64,000 bases of DNA from Styela clava. Its lineage: Eukaryota. Numbering within the stretch: the first letter of the stretch is position 1; each line of letters starts with the position of its first letter. Shown here piece after piece: positions 1 to 11,287 of this stretch. The DNA lies in contig NC_135253.1 in NCBI RefSeq assembly GCF_964204865.1, forward strand, positions 15,624,001 to 15,688,000, read 5' to 3'. The position numbers were made by a program, and so were the translations under genes. The notes beneath the pieces were generated by a model. The model was not told the DNA's origin. It saw nothing but the letters and a program-made list of their open reading frames with translations, and made no database searches.

Positions 1-103
1 ACCAAGAGAAGTTTAATACGAGAAAAAACAGTAGCAATAGACTGCGCAAATTCGCGTTTGACATGAGGTATATTTCCTTGTGCGCCAACTTATTAGTCTA
101 TAT

Positions 104-409
104 AATGAACAAACTACAGCCCGTGGGCCAAATCCGGCCCGTTGGGTAATTCAGTCTGACCACCTGATGCTACCACAACCATACTAAAACCAAATTTTTA
201 TGTTTTAGCTAAAAGGAAAGGCTCAAGGAATTTGTTGAGATTGCAATTAAATTTAGTTTTGGCTCGAGGCTTATTGTTTTTCACTTTTGCTTTCTTAACA
301 CTGTAAATATTGTTAATAAAATGTAACTTTTTACGGCACGCTTACATGGCCCGCCAGTCTAGGCGTACACATTTTTTGGACTCTGGTCCGAAAACCGTGC
401 CCAACCCTG
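104..409. mobile_element. hAT (Charlie-like) MITE in intron 1 of gene A
   Basis: 8-bp direct repeat GTCTATAT at 96-103 and 410-417; right end ...TGCCCAACCCTG; internal GGGCCAAATCCGGCCC motif; absent from the paralogous intron of gene B (~11760). Confidence 0.65.
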
Positions 410-722
410 GTCTATATTGTAAATCGTCAGTTCGGCGCACCTAGGTACCAATTTTCATATAACTGACTTGACTAGCGTCATGACAATCGACTCGGCCCTC
501 GTTTTGGCAAGTTAAAATAGAGGCTGTCTCGGTCAATTTTTGTCTGATGCCTGTCCAGATAATTCGATTGATGCTTGAATTGATCACAAGTTATTAATGT
601 TAAAATGTGACTCGATTTTCCTCAAGAAAATAACCCTCCCCTACCCCAAAAGTGTTTGATTGTAACCAAAACAAAATCAAACGGCTACCACTTGTTGTGA
701 TACGTTTTCTTTTGTTTTATAG

Positions 723-2558
723 GTTTATGTCATATGAGCCTCGTGGACATCACGCTGTTTCTGTGTTGCGGGTAAAACCTGACAATCCAAAAGCGGACGT
801 AGCAATTTTATTTTATGAAAAAGAAGGATGTTTAACCATGTGTGGCGAAGCAACTCTGGCTTTTGGAAGGTTTAAATATGTTATGTAATTCTGCTCCAAC
901 TCTATTTAAAATAGTATTGCTTACAATCAATCAAATTAGAAAAGAAGGAAACGTATGTGCGTACATCTTTTCATCAATGCCTTTGAAAACTATCCTTTTT
1001 TACACCAATTATTTTCTACAAAAATTCAGGTATTGTATTGATAATGGTCTTGTAAAACCAACAGAACCAGAAACCTCTATAGCGATACAATGCCCATGTG
1101 GCTTGGTACCAATATCTGTCAAATACAAAAATGGAATATCAGGAAATGCAACCTTGCGAAGCGTTCCATCCTTTGTATTCGGAACAGGTTAGTTTCTGAA
1201 TACTACTGGACATATTTTTAGTAGTGGCAGAGCAGACGTTTGATTTATTTATGGTTACGAAAGTACGGTATGGTGCAAGCTGAGTGAAAACGCAGTAATA
1301 AAGCCATGTCTGGATAATATACACTCCTTTGTTTCACATTTATGTCCCAATGCATCCTATAAAATAAAAAGCTTGCGTGTTGAAGAGTTGAATACAACAA
1401 CCTTAATAATAAAGGTTGTATTATAAATTTACTGTTGCAAAAGAAGTTTACACCATACGTGAAGTAACTGAGAACTCATTAAGTTATCACATTATCATTG
1501 AGATATTGAAATAAATTTGGACGAAATTGGAGTTATAAACGTGGATGTCGCTTTTGGAGGAGGCTTCTATGCCATCGTATCAGCAGAGGATATTGGTGTA
1601 AATTTTTGTGATATAAAATCGTTGAGATTGGCGTCTAGGATCGGGCATATGCTCAATGAAGCGATTGTAAAAAAGGTAATTTGATACTGCGTTCTTACCG
1701 TAAAGATGATTCTAATTCGAATCTCTTTTTCCTGCATATAATTTCACACATTTATTCTGTAGGTGAAGCTGAGCCACCCGGACAATGATGGCTTAGCTCT
1801 CTTCATTGGAACTCTGATTGTCGATACTTCTGATTTGTCAACGAATCGTGTGGTAAAACAAATGCCCGTATTCAGAGACAGCGAGGTAAATCTATTATAA
1901 CAATACTTGAAAGAACAGTTTTCTCTTGAAAAAATATTTCTACCATTACAGTTGCTCTGACTATTATGAAGTTGAATGCACTTGAGTTAGCTGCAACAAC
2001 AGACATATGGGACCAAAAACAACACGTTTGATTCTGCTGTTTATTTCACGTACCCATTTTCTATAATCCAAATTCACTTCTTTCCATATTTCAACACGTA
2101 TTACCACAATACTAATAATTTGAGCCAATGGGGAGAGCTTATTTTATAATTTAATACAGGGAAGAGGGCCGTGTGGATCAGGTACGTCAGCACATATCGT
2201 CACGCTTCTGGCAAAAGAGAAATTGGCATTAGGAGAATCCGTAGTGTTCAACAGTGCCATGAGTGGAGTTGGGTAAGCTTTAAAAAAATTCTAACTATAC
2301 TGAAGTGTTTTACTATTTTGCACTCTATAAAAATAACTCACGGAATCTAAGTAAATGGGAATTGGGGTGGAAGGTCGGTTCATAATATTCAGATTTTATT
2401 TCATCAGATTCACTGCTAAAGTTATTGAGGAAACAAAATGTGGAAAACACCGAGCCTTCACTGTTGAAATATCAGGAAAGGGGCATTATATTGGAAAACA
2501 AGTAATGACACTGGAACAAGACGATGCTCTAAAAAGAGGATTTATCGGAATTTCCTAA
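723..2558 (+). CDS. L3HYPDH-like: Proline racemase / trans-3-hydroxy-L-proline dehydratase family protein, copy A (first coding exon lies upstream of the window)
   Basis: Exons 723-869, 1030-1187, 1503-1675, 1763-1885, 2160-2272, 2408-2558 splice in frame. Motifs YEPRGHH, TMCGEA, QCPCG, SVPSF, DVAFGGGFY, HPD, GRGPCGSGT, VEISGKGHYIG, DDALKRGF*. Window start matches intron 1 of copy B. Confidence 0.9.
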
Positions 2559-4489
2559 TTTGGGAAAATTATGGATAGTTCATAGAAAAGTTGTAAACAC
2601 AGTTATAAAATGATTAAATGGTAAGCGGTGTAATAAAATTGCTTTAATCTTTACTTAGAAGTTTACTGAATTATATTGATATATTTTTGATTACAAAATG
2701 CGTCTTTGAGAGATATTCGGGATTTTCAAAGGTTTCAATTTTATTGATTGATTTTATTCCAAAACTCATATTTAATTTTCTATTCATCAATTCATATTAA
2801 TTATTGTGTGCGAATTTATATTATGCATTCTGATTACTTCACAGTCTTGTTTCTGTCTGGAAATTTTCTTTTAATTTTCTTTTGCAATACATCTACAAAA
2901 TATACTGTTCGGGAAAAATAGTCAAACATGCGCATAATAGTGATGTTTATAGGCGAAGTATATTCATCTAGCGATTTACAATTACGCAAAACAGGTGAAC
3001 GTAATCGCGACGGTTCATTTAAGTCTTAAGACATGGTATATAACGAACCCAGATCAGTACTAAGTCATGCAGCAACAACAGTAATCAAAACGGCCTTTTA
3101 TAATCAACGTGAGGCTTTCATCGAGATTACGCTCAGATGACTCTTTCTTAGATTGTGGTTGATTAGTTTTTTGATTAACATTTTTGATTTTTCTGTACAA
3201 TCTCTTGAAATTGCTCAGTACACAATAGATGAATAGACAATCATTTATTTCTACAAAATATCATTCGTGCAAAAAATCACAACACAAATTCACAACAGAT
3301 GAAAAAAATTATGTATTATAGTAACGGATTTCATTGCAATTGACAGAAACTCGCGAAGGACCAGAAATGGTCATCATAAGTCTGCGACACCCAGATTTAG
3401 GACGAGTCAAAAGTAAAAATTGCGATAAAAGAAGGCAATGGATACAATGAAAAACTTAGTTATTCAAAAAATTACCCACAAAACAGGGAATGGTATAAAT
3501 CTTTATATACGATAGCATTTGAAAGAGAGAGAAAATAAATACAAGTCGGAAAAATTCAATTAATTCACTTAGGTTTTAAAATTAGTTCACCATGTCATTG
3601 AGCTGTCCTGCTGTACAATTGCAGCGATTAATTTTATTTATCTTTTGACAATACTCTTATTTCGTCATGCAGGAAATCATACACAAATTCAAGGCACAAC
3701 TTATTATACAATACAGCAACGGATTTCATCCCAATTGCCAGCAGGTGGCTTTCATACTAAGGACCAGAAGTGGTCATCATGAGTCTGCGACATCAACATT
3801 TGAAATGAGTCCAAAATTGAAATAATAAAAAAAGCAACTGAATAAGGAATATAAGTCATTCAAAAAAAAAAAAAATTGTCCAACAAGGGGAGGGGGAGGG
3901 GGGATTTATGAATCTTCACATAAAATATCAGAATGAGAAAAAGTCGGGGAAATACAATTAGACACAGTAGTTCTGGAAAAAAATTTTTTTACCATATCAA
4001 TTTGCTGAATTTCTGTACAATGACAGCTATTAAATTTTAATATATTGGTACTTGCAACTTCGAATCGAGCGATAATTTTTATTTGAGAAGAATAAATAAA
4101 TAAAATTACACAACTGCCATCCATAATTAAAGAGTCGATATGTTTGAAAGATTGGAGATTGGAACGCAAAACTATAACCTGCGATACCACCTTAGACAAA
4201 CCCAACGCCCCAAGTCTTTTTTGTATCACGAACTATTGTAGTAGAAAGTGGACAAGCAAAACATTTTATTTCCACCAGAATAATGGCATTTCAATGCCTC
4301 GAAGGATACTTTTATTATCTCGAAGAATAACTTCAAAATAGTACCAGGAAGAAAAATCCAAAAAATAACGAAGTAAAAATCAATTGAAATCAGATCATAC
4401 CTTGAAATTATCTTACAATTAGCATCGGGGGTATGAAATCAGAATTTTGTTATACCCGATTTGTTGGACAAGTAGTTATTTGTTTGAAA

Positions 4490-5780
4490 TGAATTGTTTC
4501 AAAACGACTATTTTAAATCAAGTTTTTTTTGCTTCTTAAAATTTCTGTAATATTTTTATTTTTTTTTGTATTAGATGGTTGAAACTAAAACAAGATTAAG
4601 GGATGTAAAAACTTGTCAATTTCTTCTTATATGCAACAAGCCCTTCGAAACGCCCCAAATATCGATGACTTGCCGATACGCGTTTTCTCAAGCTGTAGCG
4701 CAATGCGTCCGCAAACCACTCTGCGATGGCGAGGAGTTCAGAAATCCTCTTGCACAACGTCACCTCACTTCACATGGGATTCAAAAGTGGGTCGGATATA
4801 CCATTAGGCAAGATAGACTACAGCCTAGGAGCATCAAACCGAAGGAGCCTTGAGAATCAATTTTGAACTAATATTAATTTTAAATCGTTTTTTAATTGAA
4901 ACGCTTGTTCCAGAACAATGTCAGTTTAAAACTTCATAGATCTCATATTTTTTATTCAGGTTTATAATTCCCAATATTTACCGTTCGAAAGATTAAAAAC
5001 TTGGAATACGGCCGAATAAATGAATTTCTATAACTTTGAAAAACTCTATATACTCGTATATCATTCACCTTAAAAACAAAGCATGCTAATTTAAATTAAC
5101 TGAACAGTTTTCACCGTAATGATGCTTTTATTTTATGAAAAAAATATCGATATATAATAGGTATTTGTATTGAATGTAAGCATTATAATATTTTTTACTA
5201 TGTTAGATCTCACAGAAAGCGAGTATTCAGATGTCGGGCCTGTAGCGAGAGTTTTGTAATTCACGCAATTTGAAAATGCACTTGTGATGTCATAACACAT
5301 AAATTTGAAATTTATATTATGACGTTAAACAGATTAGTTGTGACGTCATTGTTACGGAGGGGCCTCACAATTAGCATAGCCTGGGCACCAATTTACTTTT
5401 CATCGTCTAAATCCGGCCCTGATTCGAACCTATCTAGATTTTCGCCAATCTAGGTATATTCTCTATTATTGTATTTAAGCACTTGTTCTATCGAATTTAG
5501 ACAGTGAGCTGGCCCCTGATATATTGCTTTGTAATTGTAGTAGTAGCCCGTGAGCTATGTTTCGTGATTTTTAATGCCCTTTTAGCTCAAAACGTCTCTC
5601 TGATATATTGGTCAAACATTCATATTGAAATATTATGACTTTGGTGTAGGTAGGTACTAACCTGACGATAAAGTTACACGATGAAAGTGAAAGCAAGAAT
5701 TTTTTCTGACGTTCCTGAAATTATCATTTTGGAAGCGTGTGTACCTTCCAGAACGCAACATTTTGACGTAGTTCCGCAGC
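4490..5780. repeat. Diverged segment present in inverted orientation at ~14990-16460 and ~42990-43880
   Basis: 4640-4720 is the reverse complement of ~16225-16300 (GCGCTACAGCTTGAGAA core); ATGAAAGTGAAAG near 5680 matches CTTTCACTTTCAT near 15080. Confidence 0.75.
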
Positions 5781-6756
5781 GATGCCAGGGGTATTTCAGT
5801 AAATAATGAGAAGATACAAATAAAAAATTGATTTCAAAACAAGGTTGCATAAATTTCCCAACGTGCCTAAAATTGTAGACGATCAGGCAAACACTAATTT
5901 ATTTCAACAGGAAATCAAATCAAGAGAAGTACATTTGGATAGAATTGCCGTTGAGATATCATAACCAATAATCGTGCTCCGCCATTGGAAGCCGTTTGAA
6001 TATTAGACCGCAAAAAAGCATCATAGTCCTTTAAAATTAATAATTGAATAGCGTATTAAACAAAAGAGATACGCTCAAATAAACGGACACCCAGAGCTAA
6101 ACAAAGTATTTCATAACCAGTTCCCCCAAAATCATATGCGGTAACTTACCAGTACCTGTATCGGGGTACCGTGCACAGAGACTGTCATAGCTTTTTCAGG
6201 TCCTGTGACGATCAATTCTTTATAATTCAGTTTCAACGTAAATTGAATTACTAAGTGATTCGAGTCGCTTCTGTATTACTTGATCAGTTACTGCAAATGG
6301 GGGTACCAATGGGAGGACGGTACAAGGACTGTCATATCTTTTCCAAGTGCTGTGGACGTGGTGGTGATCTATTCTTGTTGTTTCAGTTTCAATGTGAATT
6401 GAAATACCAACTGATCCGAGTCACTTCTGTATAACCAGATCAGGTCACACAGTCTACCGTTCCCCATATAATAACTTCCAAAATTCGCTAAGCGGCGTAC
6501 CATCGACTTTCGCCGAGCAACACAGGATCGACTGATATGCGTTCGCGGAACCGCCACAAGGTGGCACATTTTGGTGACGTCATTGCAAACGAAAAACAAA
6601 TCTCATAGAGCTCACAGAGATAAAAAAAAAAAGGTAATAGCTATATAGCATGATATACATTCTTTACCCAATTGAAAATTCAAAGCAATTGGTCCAGTAG
6701 TCATCGATAAGAGTGATTTTTCCATAACGATAGGAAGAAGAACTATGCTAATATGT

Positions 6757-6988
6757 GGGCACGTAGGTATGTGAACCAAGAAGGCGGACACCGGAACGTA
6801 ATATGTGTACCAGGATAGAGTTAGGCCATCATTTCGGGTACAAATACTACAGGAGTCACTTGGCTAGTCCCCGAACTCGTAATATAACTAAATTAAGGAA
6901 CATTGGAATAAAATGGCCTAACCCTAACATGTTACACATATTACGTTCCGGTGTCCGCCTTCTTGGTTCACATACTTCGGGAGTACCC
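6757..6988. mobile_element. MITE with long (~60 bp) terminal inverted repeats
   Basis: GTATGTGAACCAAGAAGGCGGACACCGGAACGTAATATGTGT at 6767 and its reverse complement ending at 6975. Confidence 0.75.
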
Positions 6989-8010
6989 AATCAGATACCG
7001 CAGTCAACCATTTCCCATAAAAAACGTCCCATATGCGGTAACTTATCAGCAAATGACGATACAGAGACTGTCATAGCTTGTCCTGTGGCGATGATCTATT
7101 CTCCTTCATTCAATTTCAACGTGAATTATAACACCAAGTGATCCGAGTTACTTCTCTGTGGGGGCCCATCGTTGTCACTAGTAAAATTGAAATAAAGTTG
7201 AAAAAGTAAAATAAAAAACTAAGAAAAAGAATAAATTGGGGAAAAAAAATAAAATAAAAACGGAATAAAAAAATAAAATTGCAAAAGAAAAAATGAAAAA
7301 AAAAAACACAATACCATCAATTCCCCGTAAATCATATGCGTACCTGTAGCTGTAGGCCTAATATTTGATAACGGAAAGGTTCTATCTTGGCAGATAAAAA
7401 CTTAATTCATTTGCTCTCAAGAAAATAAACATATACGGTAGGCTACAAAATTTAGGCTGTTTACAGCAGAACTGTAACAAAAAGCAAAAGACAAAGTGAC
7501 AAATTTTGGGGATGTCATAGCAAACAAAAAACGAATTCTACAGAACTCCCTGAAATATGTGAGATAAATGAAAGTAATAGCCTTCTAAAGAAAAATTCCA
7601 TCTTTAGCCACTGAAAATTTCAAAATTTCAGGTGTCCCAATAGATGTCCAAGAAAAAGCATGCAAGCCATAGGTCCACTACGTATCCAAAAACTAAACAG
7701 TCCTGGGGCAGCCCTACCTACCATTACAGCCGAAATGCCGTCGTTACGGCAGCAAAATTTCATCCGCCATTGGTTTTTAATTTGCTACCGTGGTACCGGC
7801 ATCTCGCCACTTGTTTGTGGCAGCTAAAAAGTCAGTCGCCGTGGTTTGGCCATAGCAGCTATGGTTTGAAAATACGGCCATGGTTGTGCGGGAGCTCCAG
7901 ACGCCAATAAATACTTGAAACTGCACTTGCCAACAGAAGCCGAGACTCGACTATATTATCGTAAACAAATTCACACAACCACGGTTCACGTAATCAAGCA
8001 CACGCCCATA

Positions 8011-8100
8011 CCGTGTTTCCCCGAATATAAGACTGGGTCTTATTTTAATTCCTTTCCAAGAAATAAAACTAGGGCTTATTTTCGGGTGATGTCTTATATT
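8011..8100 (+). mobile_element. Possible single end of a Tc2/pogo-like DNA transposon
   Basis: TA followed by CCGTGTTTCCCCGAATATAAGAC; matching other end not found. Confidence 0.3.
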
Positions 8101-8339
8101 TTCATTTATTAAAAACAAAATTAGAAAGTGGAGAATTACGAGATTTTCAAATATACAAAACATAAAAACCGATATCCATTTACTTATAAATACCACGTTT
8201 TTATTCAAAATACCTGCAAAACATAGAGATTTCTTGCTATTGTCACGGACTATGATGTTGCTACCGCATCGCGTGACGTCAAAGTTACAAGAGGGATATG
8301 GACAATGCTTAAAGATTACCGGTAATCACGAGATGCGAT

Positions 8340-8655
8340 CTAGCGGTGTGTATCCTTCGCTAGCGTGCAAACTTGCGCATCGCACACACACACAGCGCGT
8401 CTCAAAAATCTCTCGCTTTGCAAAAGTCGTTCTCTCGATTTGCAAAAATCCAGATCTTTTCATCACTAATTAATTGATAACTCGCTAATTATACGACATA
8501 ATTCATCCAAAATCAATAGGCTTCTGATCCGAGCTATGATGAATGCACATGCAAAATTTGGAGCAGATTCATCCTCGCTTTCGTGAGATATCGCGTGCAT
8601 CTAACAGACAGACAAATACCTATCAACATATTTACCGATCTTAAGATCGATAATA
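8340..8655 (-). mobile_element. Helentron-associated (HINE/DINE-1-like) non-autonomous element
   Basis: Reverse complement of the family at 9749-10446 and 20606-20924, with (CAGA)n microsatellite and CGATCTTAAGATCG palindrome. Confidence 0.6.
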
Positions 8656-8684
8656 GTTATGTTTGCTACTCGTTCTCTTCACAG

Positions 8685-9750
8685 CACGATAAGATGGCTC
8701 CATATTGCTTGTTTTCATCGCGAATTCCCAAATTTGTTATTCGAAGAGAAAACCACGTTTGCCAAGAATTATATCATTATGTCACCTTTGATTTCAAATA
8801 GAAAGAATTGGACAGGTAAACTCTACTCTGTTTCCGTATGTAGTTATCACGATAATAGGATAAAGGTATAGTTAGTCACAGATCACATATATAGGATTAT
8901 ACAGTTACGTATTTACTTTTAGTACTATGGTATGAGCTATCAATAACAAGAGCAGACTACATGGTGACTAAAACTGCTGAAGGAATCCAACTTTCTGAAC
9001 TTCTGGAATGGGGTGTTTCAGGATGGGGATATGATGTAGCAAGTTTTCTCAAGCAGATTTACAAACGCTCTTCACTGGAAGCGAGAATTAAATTTGGGCA
9101 AAGTTTTGCTGACACGGATATGACGCTTGGTTAGGCTGAAATATTCATCAAAACATGGAAATTGTAGAAAGCCGAGTTTAAACACCGGGATATTGATATT
9201 TAGCGTTAAATTTGCGTTGCGTTGTTTGAACAGAAAGTAAATGATTGACGTGAACTTCCGCGATTTTTTAAACAATACTGATCTCGTATAATCACGAATG
9301 TGTTTTGGAAATGCTTTACTTTGATTGCATGATCATAACATTTTTTTTCAATTCGTCACATTCCATGATGCACAAACTCATGACGTTTCTGTAAACATTG
9401 TAACACTGCAGGAAGTGAGCAAGACCGTGACACTTCACGGTCATTATGCTGAGAGATGTTTCTTCTGTAGAGAACTAGGCCTATTGGTAATTTTTAAAGG
9501 ATTAAGAGCGATATAGTAGTGATCATCTTCAGTTTCTGGAGTTCGTTAGAGCTTTGCGTGTATATATATATAAATATATATAAAAAAATTGATACTATAA
9601 ACTATGTCACATTTCATTAAAATAACTAACCAGAAAAAATACAAATTGCCCATAATTTGTAGCACATCGCAAATGTGCCCATTTTTGTTTTGTTATACAG
9701 ATTATGAAAAAAGTGATATTTTTATAAATGGGACAGAGTATGGAGTTGTT
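8685..9750 (+). pseudogene. Glutathione synthetase-like pseudogene
   Basis: Exon 2 homolog HDKMAPYCLFSSRIP has an in-frame TAG; exon 3 deleted; exon 4 homolog (YELSITRADYMVTKTAEGIQLSELLEWGVSGWG) has a stop; exon 5 (NGTEYGVV) is cut by a transposon at 9750. Confidence 0.85.
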
Positions 9751-10446
9751 ACTTATCGATTTCAATCGGTAAGTATGTTGATAGGTATTTGTCTGTCTGT
9801 CTGTATGTCTGTTTGTCTGTTAGATGCACGCGATATCTCACGAAAGAGAGATTGAATCTGCTCCAGATTTTGCATGTGCATTCATCTTATCTTGGACCAG
9901 AAGCCTATTGATTTTGGATGAATTATGTCGTATAATTAGCTAGTTATTAATTAATTAGTGATGGGACACAAGGTGTCACTATGGAGTAAGAGCGCTGTTT
10001 TGGGGGATAACCTAAATTTCGATCGATAAGTCTTCGGTCTCTGACCGATATTTTCGTTTGTTACTAATCGATTTTAATCGGTAAGTATGTTGATAGGTAT
10101 TTGTCTGTATGTCTGTATGTTTGTCTGTTAGATGCACGCGATATCTCACGAAAGCGAGATTGAATCTGCTCCAGATTTTGCATGTGCATTCATCTTATCT
10201 CGGACCAGAAGCCTATTGATTTTGGGCGAATTATGTCGTATAATTAGCGAGTTATCAATCAATTATTATTGATATAGTGATCTAGATTTTTGTAAAGCGA
10301 GAGAATTTTGAGACCCACCGAGTGTGTGTGTGCGATGCGCAGTGCGCAAGTTACAAGAGCGGATGAATCGAAACTGCAGTTTCTGTTTTGGGGGATCCCC
10401 TAACTATCGATCGATAAGTCTTCGGTTTCCAACCGATATTCTCGTT
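9749..10446 (+). mobile_element. Two tandem HINE/DINE-1-like elements
   Basis: Each has a 5' palindrome-like ACTTATCGAT...ATCGGTAAGT, (GTCT)n microsatellite, shared core, 3' CGATCGATAAGT subterminal inverted repeat and TCGGT-N5-ACCGA stem-loop; T-rich insertion sites, no TSD. Confidence 0.65.
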
Positions 10447-11287
10447 TTTCTTTTTACGGGATTTAGGCATTTTAGAATATATTTCTTTAAAATAATACGA
10501 TCAGGTACGACAGTTTTGCATTGTAACTCGCTCATAAAGAACAACGCTCGCAATGTGATAGGGCATTGGCAGTCTAAAGATAGAAAATGTGTAACTTTGA
10601 ACCATTAACTCTTTTGAACATTTGAGCTAACGAACATTTGTACAAATGATAACTGATAAAAACATAAAATTTAACTCAAGGTAGTTTTGAGCTAACTGGC
10701 TGGCTGGTTTATCAAGACATTCATGATAATTAATTGCTAATAACAATTGAGATTGAATAAAATAATTTTTTTTGCATCGGAAGATATATAGCAATACCTA
10801 TTGTTCGTTTGTGGGTGAACACACAACCGTTCAGAATGCTTGGGTATATTTATGAATATAACACAGACATCATGGATCACAGCACTTAGCAGCATGCAGT
10901 ACAAGCAAGAGAGAGTGTAAGCAAGCAAGGTCAAAGATGACAAGTATAGCACTAATAATGACATCATAAATATCATCTTACACCTATGACGTCATCTGTT
11001 CATGCGGTGTATGATCTTCATCGCAAATGCTTCCGGATTCAACTATATGAATGTGTAGATATATTTGGGTGCTATTGTCGTTACGGACACATGAGCATAC
11101 AGGGGCAAGTTTAGCCATATTCAATATTCATGTGTACTAATGCACAGATGCTACAGATACCATTCCCTTAGTTACAAACAGATTCTAAATAAGCATTTTC
11201 ATTCAACTCTCGAATTGATTATATTCATGTTTCAGATTTGTTGTATTCATCGTGTTTCTATGAAAGTATTCGATATCATCAAGTATT

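Noticed and set aside
10737-10976. 79-aa hydrophobic minus-strand ORF as a secreted peptide
   Set aside because: No recognisable motif, no paralogous copy, no splice support.
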